From positions 1 to 59,946 of the forward strand of contig CALKOM010000150.1 in the NCBI GenBank assembly GCA_938091905.1: 59,946 bases of DNA. The letters are read 5' to 3'. How positions within the stretch are numbered: the stretch's first letter is position 1; the number at the start of each line of letters is the position of its first letter. Below the pieces are notes generated by a model. The model was given only the letters and a program-made list of their open reading frames with translations, ran no database searches and was not told the DNA's origin. This document shows, piece by piece, positions 9,751 through 20,051 of this stretch. Both the position numbers and the translations under genes were made by a program. Origin of the DNA: an uncultured Verrucomicrobiales bacterium (GTDB lineage: Bacteria > Verrucomicrobiota > Verrucomicrobiia > Verrucomicrobiales > DEV007).

Positions 9751-12700
9751 CTAACCGTGAATAAGCGTTCGCAGCATGTCGACCGCAGCGCGAAGTCGTT
9801 GCTTGTTACGACGTCCTTTGAGGCGGGGAAACTTGCCGTCGACCATGATGAAATCACCACCTTTGGTCAGCATAAGCTTCTTGTCCTTAATCTCAATGAC
9901 ACTAATGCCTGCGTGAGCCGCGATAATCTTAAGCTCCGTGCACGCTAACAAATTCTCCACAGGCACAGGTGGCTTTCCGAAACGATCCACCCAATCTTTC
10001 AGAAGGCCCTTGAGTTCCTTTAACGTTGTCAGTTCAGCCAACTGCCGATACGCCACAATTCGCAACGACGCTTCTTCGATGTAGGCGGCCGGGATATAGG
10101 CCGGAACCAGGTCTTCACTCTTGTCACCCTTTCGTTGATTGTTCGTGATGAAATCAATCCGCATGGGTACATCCACGCGGGTAACCGTGTGGCGACCCTG
10201 CAACGCTGCGATCGACTGTTTCAGAAGCTGACAGTAGAGATCAAACCCAACAGCCATGATGTGCCCACTCTGTTGAGTTCCTAACAAATTTCCTGCACCA
10301 CGAATTTCCAAATCGCGCATGGCAATCTTGAAACCTGCCCCCAGTGATGAGTAGTCGCGAATGGCCTTCATCCGCTTGTTCGCATCTCCGGTGCCGAGAA
10401 CGTGACGCGGCAGCATGAGAATCGCATAGGCTTTGCGCTGAGCACGCCCCACTCGTCCACGCAACTGGTAGAGATCTGCCAGTCCGAAGCGATCCGCCCG
10501 ATCAATGATGATCGTATTCGCATTGGGAATATCAATACCACTTTCGATGATCGTGGTCGACACGAGCACGTCTAACTCGTGATCAACAAAGCGGTGCATT
10601 ACCTCCTCAAGCTGTTCCTTATCCATCTGGCCGTGGCCCACTCCGACACGTGCTCCCGGACAGAGTTCACGAATCTTATCGGCCACGCCCTCGATACTAC
10701 CCACGCGATTGTGCAAGTAGTAGACCTGCCCATCGCGCTTCATCTCTCTTTGAATGGCATCCCGAGCCAAACGCTGATCATACGCACAAATCGTAGTCTG
10801 CACAGGTAATCGATTAGGGGGCGCCGTATCGATCGTAGACATATCCCGCACCCCCATGAGCGACATGTAAAGCGTCCTTGGAATCGGCGTTGCGGACAAG
10901 GTAAGAACATCCACCAAATGGAACCGCTCCTTGAACTTCTCTTTGTGTCGCACCCCAAAGCGTTGCTCTTCATCTACGATGACGAGGCCAAGCTTTTTAA
11001 AATTGGTGTCCTTGGACGTAAGCCGATGCGTCCCGATGACAAGATCGACCGTGCCATTGATCAGCCCCTTGATCACCTTGCGTTGATCCGCAGGTTTGCG
11101 GAATCGGCTCAACTGTTCGATGCGAATCGGGTAGTCTGACATCCGCTCACAAAAGTTATTGTAATGTTGCTGTGCTAAAACGGTTGTCGGACAAAGCATG
11201 GCTACTTGGTGGCCACTCATGACCGCCTTGAACGCCGCTCGAATAGCGACTTCTGTCTTTCCAAAGCCAACATCCCCGCAGATAAGCCGATCCATTGGCA
11301 AGTGACTCTCCATGTCTGTCTTCGTATCGTGGATCGCTTTCAACTGATCCCGGGTCTCGGTGTAAAGAAAGGCATTCTCGAATTCCCACTGCCATTTGGT
11401 ATCTTCGCTATGAGTAATGCCCTCATACGTTTGCCGCGAAGCCTGCAGCTTGAGCAACTCGCCGGCGTAATCCATGATAGCCCGCTCGGTCGCTTTCTTT
11501 ACCTTCATCCATCGCTCGCTGCCCAGCTTGCTCAGCTTGGGGGCGCTCTTTCCCACACCGACATAACGCGACACGAGGTGGGCATGTTCCAAGGGTACAT
11601 AGAGCTTTGAATCTTCCGCGTACTCAATCACGAGCACATCTTCGGCCACCCCGTTGCGCTCCCGCACCTCAATGTCCTCGAAACGACCAATGCCGTACTC
11701 CGCGTGAACTACATAATCATCTGGCTGAAATTGCGCGAAATCAGAATTCGCAGCCTTACGTTGCCGACTCACACGCTTGAACAAGCGCTGCGTACGGCCA
11801 TGCTGGTATCGACCAAAGATCTCGGCATCGGTTAGGATAGCCAACTTCGCATGTGGCACGGTGAATCCCTTGGCCAATCGCCCCTCACAGAATCTTACGC
11901 CCGCCTGCTCCAACGCTTTCGGGGAAATGAGTTCCTTGAAGCGGTCTTCCTCACCCCGGTTGTTAAAAAACATACAGATCCGCCAGTCTTCAGCGGCCCA
12001 GGCCGCCAACTGTTCTTCGAACTGCCCGCGTCTCGCTTCTTGCAAAACAAAGTCCCCGGCATGAAACTCACCAATGGGACCGTCTGTACTTGCCCAAGCA
12101 GGCTCGGTCGGCATCGCCTTAGCAGAAAACTCCGTAAGTCGAAGTTGCGGCTTAATTGACAACGCCTCTTCATCTCCACACTCAATCGCTAGAGTGCAGT
12201 CCGTCTTGGCAATGTAAGCGGAGAAGAGACTGAAGTCGTCCCCCTCATCCTTTAGCAAGAGAGACGTCCTATCCAACGCACGCACGGATGTCTGCGCATC
12301 GATGTCAAAGAAACGAATAGACTCAACGTCTCTATCAAAGAACTCGATCCGTACCGGATCGGTTGCCTGCCATGGAAAGATATCGAGAATGCCACCGCGC
12401 TGAGCATACTGCCCACGCTCAAAAACCTGTGGCACCCTATCAAAGTCTGCGCGTTGCAGTTTCTCAGCCAGCTCTTGGAGGTCCCACGCTGTGCCCACTT
12501 CGATTTGCAGTTCCTCACGTTCCAAGGCACCTAATGCCGGGACGGTCTCCTCCAGACTCTCGTGATGCATCAACACCGCCCGCCATTGGTCAGCGGGACG
12601 ACCAAGCGCATGAAGGGTCTGCAAACGCTCGGAAGCCGTTTCTGGGTCTGGCTGGGCACCTTCGAAATGCACCGCGTCATATTGCGGAAAGTAGAGCACC

Positions 12701-12993
12701 GGCTGGGAGGTCCAGACAGGCAATTCATTGGCCAACCGATCCTGCTGCGTCACATCACGGCAGAAAATCCATAGCGTGCCGCCCTCGGGACGGCGTTCCG
12801 TCAGCACTTCTAGGTGCCAGGTGATCCAGAAGGCCTGGGCAGGCTCAGCGATCTGATCGAGCACCTTGGTACTACGCACAGGCCGCTTGCCCACCATCGC
12901 CTCCAGCTTAGTGATCCCTGGCACCTTCACCAACGCGCGACAACTCGTGGCGAGACGCGTCTCACCCGGGCTTTCCGTGCGTTCCTTTGACAT
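9751..12993 (-). CDS. mfd: Transcription-repair coupling factor
   Basis: UvrB-homology RGGILDIFP, CarD-like VVHAEYGIG, GDVGFGKT, DEEQRFG, SATPIPRT, QLRGRVGR, DLEIRGAGNLLG, TRCF C-terminus; exact start uncertain. Confidence 0.97.
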   Translation of the reverse strand: MSKERTESPGETRLATSCRALVKVPGITKLEAMVGKRPVRSTKVLDQIAEPAQAFWITWHLEVLTERRPEGGTLWIFCRDVTQQDRLANELPVWTSQPVLYFPQYDAVHFEGAQPDPETASERLQTLHALGRPADQWRAVLMHHESLEETVPALGALEREELQIEVGTAWDLQELAEKLQRADFDRVPQVFERGQYAQRGGILDIFPWQATDPVRIEFFDRDVESIRFFDIDAQTSVRALDRTSLLLKDEGDDFSLFSAYIAKTDCTLAIECGDEEALSIKPQLRLTEFSAKAMPTEPAWASTDGPIGEFHAGDFVLQEARRGQFEEQLAAWAAEDWRICMFFNNRGEEDRFKELISPKALEQAGVRFCEGRLAKGFTVPHAKLAILTDAEIFGRYQHGRTQRLFKRVSRQRKAANSDFAQFQPDDYVVHAEYGIGRFEDIEVRERNGVAEDVLVIEYAEDSKLYVPLEHAHLVSRYVGVGKSAPKLSKLGSERWMKVKKATERAIMDYAGELLKLQASRQTYEGITHSEDTKWQWEFENAFLYTETRDQLKAIHDTKTDMESHLPMDRLICGDVGFGKTEVAIRAAFKAVMSGHQVAMLCPTTVLAQQHYNNFCERMSDYPIRIEQLSRFRKPADQRKVIKGLINGTVDLVIGTHRLTSKDTNFKKLGLVIVDEEQRFGVRHKEKFKERFHLVDVLTLSATPIPRTLYMSLMGVRDMSTIDTAPPNRLPVQTTICAYDQRLARDAIQREMKRDGQVYYLHNRVGSIEGVADKIRELCPGARVGVGHGQMDKEQLEEVMHRFVDHELDVLVSTTIIESGIDIPNANTIIIDRADRFGLADLYQLRGRVGRAQRKAYAILMLPRHVLGTGDANKRMKAIRDYSSLGAGFKIAMRDLEIRGAGNLLGTQQSGHIMAVGFDLYCQLLKQSIAALQGRHTVTRVDVPMRIDFITNNQRKGDKSEDLVPAYIPAAYIEEASLRIVAYRQLAELTTLKELKGLLKDWVDRFGKPPVPVENLLACTELKIIAAHAGISVIEIKDKKLMLTKGGDFIMVDGKFPRLKGRRNKQRLRAAVDMLRTLIHG

Positions 12994-13081
12994 GGGCAGG
13001 ACCTTATGGCAACTGTACTGGCTGCGCAATCAACCACCTTGGCCCGTTCCTTGCGTCCCTCTCTCTGAAACATTCCTTTTC

Positions 13082-13738
13082 ATGCGTTCCCCTCTCGCTC
13101 TGACCCTCTTTACTCTCCTCTGGCAACTTTCCCCAATCACGGCCCGGGAAGTCGATCTCACCCCCGTGAAAAAATGGATCGAGGCCCAGTCGAAACTCGA
13201 CAGCCTCCACGGCACCTTCGTGCAAGAGCGGAAGATGAAAACGATCAAACGTACCTTTGAAAAGGAAGGTTCATTCTGGTATCAATCACCCGGACGTGTC
13301 CGTTGGGATATTGGTCAGGACTACCTCGCCGTGAAGAACGACAAAGAGGTTCTCATCATGCAACCCAAGAAAAAGAAGATGAAAAAGCACACGCTGACAG
13401 GCCTCCGCGAGGACGAGCGCTTTCGCGGGCTGACTTTCATTGAAGCAGGCTTTCCAAGAACTCTAGCAGATTTCCAGAGGGGATTTCAAGTGACCCGCAT
13501 TGTCAAAGAAGACAACTACTACAGCGTAGAAACCAAGATCCGAGACGGCAAGGCTTCCCTCGCTCTGACCAAACTTGTCTTCTACATCTACGAAGAGGAT
13601 TATCAGCTAAAAGCCTTCAAAATGTTCTTCCGGGACAAGTCGACAATCTACAACCGCTTTACCCGTATCTTTACTAACAAAGCTGTACCTACAGGCACCT
13701 TCGAGCCCAACATCGAGGGCTACCAGATCGAGGACTGA
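13082..13738 (+). CDS. lolA: LolA-family outer membrane lipoprotein carrier
   Basis: Signal peptide; SLHGTFVQER...EGSFWYQSPGRVRWD LolA signature; start ATG 13082. Confidence 0.75.
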   Translation: MRSPLALTLFTLLWQLSPITAREVDLTPVKKWIEAQSKLDSLHGTFVQERKMKTIKRTFEKEGSFWYQSPGRVRWDIGQDYLAVKNDKEVLIMQPKKKKMKKHTLTGLREDERFRGLTFIEAGFPRTLADFQRGFQVTRIVKEDNYYSVETKIRDGKASLALTKLVFYIYEEDYQLKAFKMFFRDKSTIYNRFTRIFTNKAVPTGTFEPNIEGYQIED

Positions 13739-13862
13739 AAAGAGGCGAAACTGACTCCATTTGGCCCCTCACAGGCCTAAACAGCAGACTTTCCACACTT
13801 TCAGCGCCAACAACAGGCGAATGATCGTTTGGCAGGAACGGTTTTTCTAGTAATTTACGCCG

Positions 13863-15416
13863 ATGCATGACGGTGTTCGGCGATTGAGTGTACTGATGAT
13901 TGTGTGCTGTACGGCACTCATTCTGACCTATTGGCTGCGTGGGACTGGCAAAGACTATGGTCTCTTCCAGCTCCTCCGGGGCGAGATCGCACCACCGCCA
14001 GCAGAAGCAGTCGAGCCTGAGCCCATCACCACGCCGAGTGCGTTCACGCCAGCCGTCGGGCCTGCCATGGACCTGACTGATGTGAAGATCCTCGCTCTTC
14101 TGAGCCAAGAGAAGGCAAATTTGGCTGCTGCAGTTGTTCCGTCCGTCGTTTCCATCGAAATGGAACGACCAGCATCGAAACGTACAGTCGTGCCAAGCCC
14201 TCTATTCGATCTCAATGCAGTCGTCGTGCAGCGCGAACGCGAGCCAGGCCAAGGATCGGGAGCTTTCATTTCCCGTGAAGGCCATGTGGTGACCAACTAT
14301 CATGTGATCGATGGTGCCATTGATGGAACGATCACGGTGACCACTCACGAGCGAAAGCAATATGCTGCCTACATCATTGGCTACGATCCCGTCAACGACA
14401 TTGCCGTGCTGAAAGCAGATGTGGAATCCGACCTTACCTTCACCCCACTAGGGTTCGGAGACTCGAGCCAGGTGCGCCAAGGTGAAATGGTCTTCTCAGT
14501 CGGCAGCCCCTTTGGCCTCAACGGCACGTTTACCGACGGCATCGTGAGCAGCGCCACTCCGCGCCAAGTGAGTGATAGTGTCCCGCCATTGATTCAAACA
14601 AACACGGCTCTTAGCCGGGGCAATTCGGGTGGCCCGTTAGTCGACGTTCAAGGAAAGATCGTCGGCATCAATAGCGCTATCTACAATGATTCCAACAGCT
14701 TCTCTTCCGTCGGCAGCGCCTACGGACTAGCAATCCCCTCAAATGTCGTCAACACTGCCGTCCGACGCATTCTGAGCAAAGACGTGCCGCGGTATGGTTA
14801 CCTAGGAGTTTACATGAAGGACATCCACCCCCACGAGGTCATCACCCTCGGTCTGCGCAATGCAGAGGGGTGCCTCGTAAACGGTAGCCTCGCCGGCTCT
14901 CCGGCTTACCAAGCTGGCCTGCGTAAAGACGATGTCATCCTTCAGTACGACGGAAAACCCTTTGCCGACGTGAATGAACTCCTCGAGCAAATTCGGAATA
15001 CCGATGACGGTAAGGAGGTGAAACTGACCATTGTGCGATCACGAGCAGAGAAACTACTCACCGCTGTCATCAGGCCTAACGGAGCCGTCGAAATCGCCGA
15101 GCCATCGGAAAGCCTGGTTAAGGAAAGCTGGGATCGTGCGGGACTACGCGTCGATTACGTCGCATCAAGCGAACGCATCGACTTACGTTTCCAGCCCTAT
15201 GATCCCATGGTCGTGATCACCGACATCCGAGAAGGATCCGGGGCTGAGAGCCAGCACCTTTCGGAAGGGCTCCTGATTCACGAGGTGAATGATATGCCTG
15301 TCCAAACCCCCAGGGAATTCTACGAGGTCCTTCAGCAGTCTACCAGTCAAGTCTACCTTCGTATCAGTTTCCCAGGCAGACGCGGTTCGGTTCAGCTGCC
15401 GATTCCACTAGGTTAG
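13863..15416 (+). CDS. HtrA/DegP-family serine protease with PDZ domains
   Basis: N-terminal TM; GSG...TNYHVI, DIAVL, GNSGGPL catalytic triad; GYLGV PDZ plus a second PDZ-like domain. Confidence 0.93.
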   Translation: MHDGVRRLSVLMIVCCTALILTYWLRGTGKDYGLFQLLRGEIAPPPAEAVEPEPITTPSAFTPAVGPAMDLTDVKILALLSQEKANLAAAVVPSVVSIEMERPASKRTVVPSPLFDLNAVVVQREREPGQGSGAFISREGHVVTNYHVIDGAIDGTITVTTHERKQYAAYIIGYDPVNDIAVLKADVESDLTFTPLGFGDSSQVRQGEMVFSVGSPFGLNGTFTDGIVSSATPRQVSDSVPPLIQTNTALSRGNSGGPLVDVQGKIVGINSAIYNDSNSFSSVGSAYGLAIPSNVVNTAVRRILSKDVPRYGYLGVYMKDIHPHEVITLGLRNAEGCLVNGSLAGSPAYQAGLRKDDVILQYDGKPFADVNELLEQIRNTDDGKEVKLTIVRSRAEKLLTAVIRPNGAVEIAEPSESLVKESWDRAGLRVDYVASSERIDLRFQPYDPMVVITDIREGSGAESQHLSEGLLIHEVNDMPVQTPREFYEVLQQSTSQVYLRISFPGRRGSVQLPIPLG

Positions 15417-15429
15417 CCCACCATTCCCG

Positions 15430-16773
15430 ATGGATTTCAATCCTCCCCCCGCCTACCAATCGCCTCCTCCCGACGACATGCGTCGCCCTGGATCGCATGG
15501 AGCGCTCATTGCAGGCCTCCTGACAGTCGCTGCCCTTGGCGGAGCTGTTGGACTCTATCATTGGATCAGCAACCGGCCTGCCGACGAACCCGCAATGGTC
15601 AGTAGCACCATAGGCCAACCAGCTACGACTGAGGTGGCGGTGCAAGAGGCACCCGCCACTCCTCCTAACGACGCTAAATCCTCGAAGAAGTCAGGAACCG
15701 CACCTACCACCTTGGTGAAACATATCGTCCGCAGCCTTCTCGGCCGCGACGAATGGGCCGTGGACACCTTGCTCGGCAACGCCCTTACAAAGCCCGAACG
15801 CCGCGCACTCATGTCCGCGATTAACCAAGGTTCCCTTTCTATGGATACTGAACAACCGGTGACCGATCTCGGCCCTACATCCACGGGAGAGCGGTGGGCA
15901 ATCAACCTGCGGCCCACTGGATCCACCTCAAGCGATCAGTTACTCTTGGAGTTTTCACATGGCGAAGGCGAATGGCTCCTAAGTTCTGCTCAGCTTCCGG
16001 AAGCGCTCAAGACACCTATTCAGAGCACTGAGAATGGCGAAGCCAATGAACATGCCACCGCGTTTGTGGACATTCTCCTCGCTGGCGACCTTGGGGATCT
16101 AAAATCCCTCGTCAACCCGGAAAAGGTGACTGATGAGAAACTTGCAGCGCTTGGTATCATCATGGATGAGACCAAGTTTCAGATTAAGCCCGGCACCAAA
16201 GGGCTCAAGACAACGAACGTCTCTGAGGATCGGGCCTGGGTCGTCGCTAAAGTCCATTCGCCTAACTATCAATTAGATTCCGAGTTCGGACTCGAGTTGA
16301 AGAAAGAAGGAGAAAGCTGGATTGTCGATCGCATCAATCTATCGACCCTCCTGAGTGGTTTTACCAGCATGGCAGCAGATGCTGACGCTTTCCAGTCACC
16401 GCTCGTAACCACACCGGCAGGAGGCGACTCTCTGGTTCTCTACTTCGGCTACGACGATGAGAAACTCACCACGCGATCAATGAAGCAGCTCTCAGTCGTG
16501 GCATCGCTTCTCAAACAGAGTTCGACCAAGCGCATTCAAATCGGTGGTCATACAGATGCCCTCGGCGATGATAGCTACAATGACGCCCTCTCACAACGAC
16601 GCGCGAGTAAGGTGGCCGAGATGTTGCAGTCCTTCGGTGTCCGCCGTAACCAGATCAATCTCGAAGCCTTCGGCGAACGGTTGCCGCTGAGTCCGAATCT
16701 CAATCCTGACGGCACGGACAATCCAAACGGTCGCGAACGCAATCGGCGCGCAGAGATCTACCTAGATTTCTAA
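15430..16773 (+). CDS. Membrane-anchored protein with C-terminal OmpA-like peptidoglycan-binding domain
   Basis: TM helix near N-terminus; LYFGYD, IGGHTD, YNDALSQRRA, AFGE, RNRRAEI. Confidence 0.9.
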   Translation: MDFNPPPAYQSPPPDDMRRPGSHGALIAGLLTVAALGGAVGLYHWISNRPADEPAMVSSTIGQPATTEVAVQEAPATPPNDAKSSKKSGTAPTTLVKHIVRSLLGRDEWAVDTLLGNALTKPERRALMSAINQGSLSMDTEQPVTDLGPTSTGERWAINLRPTGSTSSDQLLLEFSHGEGEWLLSSAQLPEALKTPIQSTENGEANEHATAFVDILLAGDLGDLKSLVNPEKVTDEKLAALGIIMDETKFQIKPGTKGLKTTNVSEDRAWVVAKVHSPNYQLDSEFGLELKKEGESWIVDRINLSTLLSGFTSMAADADAFQSPLVTTPAGGDSLVLYFGYDDEKLTTRSMKQLSVVASLLKQSSTKRIQIGGHTDALGDDSYNDALSQRRASKVAEMLQSFGVRRNQINLEAFGERLPLSPNLNPDGTDNPNGRERNRRAEIYLDF

Positions 16774-16858
16774 CACTTCGCAGTATCCAAGGCTCCATCC
16801 AGGCACGCTTGGTCGACACCGTGGATCGCGCCGACTTCACCCTCGTGAATCGCGCAGG

Positions 16859-17300
16859 TCACAACATCCTCAACGGATACCAGGGCGGCCTACAAACGTC
16901 TCTCGGTTGGAGATCTCTGCCAATCGTCAATGACATTCGTCTCAATACCACGGACCCTAAGAGAGCGAGGGAGAGGAGAGCACCGCTCAAGTAACAGGTG
17001 TTCTGAATGGTATTCGTCACCAACATCGGGGTCGAAAGATTAGGATACCAAGAAACGGGATAGAACGGCTCTTCGATCGCGTAAACCCACAAATCCGAAC
17101 CTAGCGAGACCACCTCGGCCAAGACAATCACAAGCAAGGCTCCGAGAAAAACAAAACGTTACCCGACAACGGGTAGCTGCCCCACCCTAGCCACAAAGGC
17201 GCACGCAATTCCTAGAAGCAGTCCGGAAGAAATTGGGGCCTTTACACCATAGCCAACGCCAGGTGTTGGGGCTCGGTGATTCCCCAAAGAGGTTCATGAC
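16859..17300 (-). pseudogene. Decayed small membrane protein gene
   Basis: Hydrophobic frame ISSGLLLGIACAFVARVGQLPVVG*RFVFLGALLVIVLAEVV... interrupted by an in-frame TAA near 17160. Confidence 0.4.
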
Positions 17301-17424
17301 CTACTGATCGTGAATCATCGCGTGGATCGCCACCATTCCTCACATGCCTAAGAGATTAGTATAAGTCACTCTCCGATCCTCATCCAACAAGCGAAATGCC
17401 CCTATCGCGAAATCTTCTTCGCGT

Positions 17425-18234
17425 TCACGGAACCTTCGTCTTTGCAGTCCAAAGGATTCCTTCGATAATGTGTTGCCGCCCAAAGGTGGTGTCTAACGAT
17501 GGCACATCGTGTCCCAGCTCCGTGTAGAAGAATCGTCCACCGCCATGTTCCCGAATCCAGGCGACCGGATGATCCTCGCCCATTGCCTTGCCCTCACGCT
17601 CTTGGAAGTACTTACGCACGGGCTCATAGCTCGTCTCATCCACACGTAACAACACCTGTACCCCTTCCAGACCCGTTACGGATTTCGTATGATTCGTCCA
17701 ATCAGCCTTGTAGAGAAACGAATCGCCATGGCCTTTAACCGATGGATGGTCTTTCGCCTTGGGATCGACCACAACGCGTGCCTCTAAAAAATCTGAATCG
17801 CTATCAAAATCACATCCAGCCAAGTCATGAAACCAAGGCCAATTCTCCTGACGCACTAGAGCCGCATGCACACCGACAATGCCACCACCCGCAACATACC
17901 AATCCTCGACGATCTTGCGCTGCTTCTCATCGAAGACTTTGTCCAACGTATTCGCATTGTTGAGCAGGAGCACATCGTAATCAGCCAGCCGCTTGCTACT
18001 CAGGTCCTTGGCCGTCTCTGAAACGTCGATCTGAATCCCATAGTTCGCGCCGGTCTTCACCAACCAATGATTGATTGCCGGAATGTCAGGATGGCGATAC
18101 CACCCCGTCCCCGAGAAACATAGCACGCGCACTTCGGCTTTAGATGGCGTGTGCTCCCGGTAGCGATTCTGAGCATGACTGCTTACGAGAAGGAAAAAAC
18201 CACCGATGAAGGTTGCGAGAAGAAATCTGTCCAT
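17425..18234 (-). CDS. ThuA-like (class I glutamine amidotransferase-like) secreted protein
   Basis: Signal peptide; VLCFSGTGWYRH, YDVLLLNN, GGGIVGVHAA, DHPVAW, GGRFFYTELGH. Confidence 0.88.
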   Translation of the reverse strand: MDRFLLATFIGGFFLLVSSHAQNRYREHTPSKAEVRVLCFSGTGWYRHPDIPAINHWLVKTGANYGIQIDVSETAKDLSSKRLADYDVLLLNNANTLDKVFDEKQRKIVEDWYVAGGGIVGVHAALVRQENWPWFHDLAGCDFDSDSDFLEARVVVDPKAKDHPSVKGHGDSFLYKADWTNHTKSVTGLEGVQVLLRVDETSYEPVRKYFQEREGKAMGEDHPVAWIREHGGGRFFYTELGHDVPSLDTTFGRQHIIEGILWTAKTKVP

Positions 18235-18362
18235 GACCCAACTAGCCACGATACGGCTCCAGAGGCCAGTCGAGAAATCCCCGCCCGCCATCTGTTCCTC
18301 GCGAAGTCCGCTCAATTCTTCGGTTGAGGGAAATCCCGCTCGGCCTTTAGGTCACCGTACCT

Positions 18363-19478
18363 ATGGGTAATACCTTCGGACAACTCTTTCGCATCGCCAC
18401 CTGGGGCGAATCTCACGGTGGCGGCGTCGGCGTCGTCATCGATGGCTGCCCTGCGCGCATTGCGCTCGCTGAGGCAGACATTCAAACAGACCTCGATCGA
18501 CGGCGCCCCGGGCAATCTAAGATTGTCACGCCACGCGCAGAAGCTGATCAATGTGAGATCCTCTCCGGCCTCTTTGAGGGCCAGACGCTCGGCACTCCAA
18601 TCTCCATCATGGTTCGGAACAAAGACGCGCGCCCATCTTCCTACGAGGAAATGGCCGTTAAGTACCGGCCAAGCCATGCCGATTACACCTATGACGCCAA
18701 GTACGGCATCCGAAACTGGCAAGGGGGCGGTCGCGCCTCTGCTAGAGAAACCATCGGCCGCGTCGCTGCCGCGTCGGTCGCCAAGAAAGTGATCACCAGG
18801 CTGGCACCCGACTTGGAGATCATTGCCTATGTCAAATCGATCCAAGACCTCGAAGCCAACGTCGATCCACTCACCGTCACGTTTAACGACGTCGAATCAA
18901 ACATCGTGAGGACAGGTGATCTCGACATGGTCGAAACTATGATCACCCGCATCGAGGACGTCCGTGGAGACGGCAACTCCATTGGTGGGGTCGTCGAGTG
19001 CGTCGTCCGCGGCGTGCCGCCAGGCCTCGGCGAACCCGTCTTCGACAAACTCGATGCTGTTTTAGCTGGAGCCATGCTCTCTTTGCCAGCGACGAAAGGG
19101 TTCGAGATCGGCAGTGGTTTCGCCGGCACGCAACTCACCGGGCGCGAACACAACGATCCTTTCCGCATGGATGGTGATCGCGTTAGAACCATAAGCAACC
19201 GCTCTGGCGGTGTGCAAGGCGGAATCAGCAACGGCGAACCCATCATCTTCCGTGTGGCCTTCAAGCCTACGGCCACGATCATGACCGCCCAGGACACGGT
19301 CTCCACAGACAAAGAAGACACGACCCTAAAAGGCCGTGGCCGCCATGACGCCTGCGTCCTCCCGCGCGCCGTCCCCATCGTCGAGGCCATGACAGCACTC
19401 ATCCTCTGTGACCATCTCCTCTTGCAGCGAGTGCAGGATCTGGGCGAGACAGAAGAAGATCGCCCGAGCGACCTCTAG
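18363..19478 (+). CDS. aroC: Chorismate synthase
   Basis: [43 protein letters not shown]. Confidence 0.98.
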   Translation: MGNTFGQLFRIATWGESHGGGVGVVIDGCPARIALAEADIQTDLDRRRPGQSKIVTPRAEADQCEILSGLFEGQTLGTPISIMVRNKDARPSSYEEMAVKYRPSHADYTYDAKYGIRNWQGGGRASARETIGRVAAASVAKKVITRLAPDLEIIAYVKSIQDLEANVDPLTVTFNDVESNIVRTGDLDMVETMITRIEDVRGDGNSIGGVVECVVRGVPPGLGEPVFDKLDAVLAGAMLSLPATKGFEIGSGFAGTQLTGREHNDPFRMDGDRVRTISNRSGGVQGGISNGEPIIFRVAFKPTATIMTAQDTVSTDKEDTTLKGRGRHDACVLPRAVPIVEAMTALILCDHLLLQRVQDLGETEEDRPSDL

Positions 19479-19997
19479 CTAACAAAGATACTCGTCGTAG
19501 GTATCGTCCAGCAATTGGCCCACCTTGCTATAGAAGGGCGACACCGTCGAGTTTGCGAGTGCCTCGCTAAATCGATGGAACCAAGGGCACAAGGTGGCCT
19601 TGAGGAAAGGAATCGCCTCTTGGGAAAGCTCACTATCAGTCGCACACGCAAGTTGTCCTCCGAGGAAAAGCAGGAGTCCAGTGTGTTCAGGAGGCGCCGC
19701 TGCGAGTGACTTCGGCAAAGGAAAATCCACCCGAGCCCTTATTAACGACACGACAGTCTGAATGTGGACGCCGGTAGGTTCGCGCTCGCCAACACCCAAC
19801 CACGCTCCCGCCATCGGCGACACTCCTTTGGGCAAGACAAACAACGCGCAGTAATCTACTGCGGCCTGCTCATGCGTTTCGGCATCCCATTCTTGCCTCA
19901 GGTAGTCCATCCCATCAAAGGCTTCGAGCACAGAAGGCTGCTTGAGAATACTCAAGAGGTCAGGATTCAGCTCTTCTACCAGCAATCGCCCTAGCAA
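19479..19997 (-). CDS. TorD/DmsD-family molybdoenzyme maturation chaperone
   Basis: DYCALF...P..GAW, PPEHTGLLL, FL...L.PW..RF, FY motifs; last gene of the Mo operon; true start may lie upstream (see findings). Confidence 0.8.
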   Translation of the reverse strand: MLGRLLVEELNPDLLSILKQPSVLEAFDGMDYLRQEWDAETHEQAAVDYCALFVLPKGVSPMAGAWLGVGEREPTGVHIQTVVSLIRARVDFPLPKSLAAAPPEHTGLLLFLGGQLACATDSELSQEAIPFLKATLCPWFHRFSEALANSTVSPFYSKVGQLLDDTYDEYLC

Positions 19998-20051
19998 TTG
20001 CAGCAGGCCGCCGAAAGCAATGGATTCGTTGGGTGAGATACGTCTCCTGGG

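Noticed and set aside
12866..13081. Long N-terminal extension of the lolA ORF overlapping mfd
   Set aside because: Signal peptide begins at ATG 13082; the extension is an ORF-calling artefact
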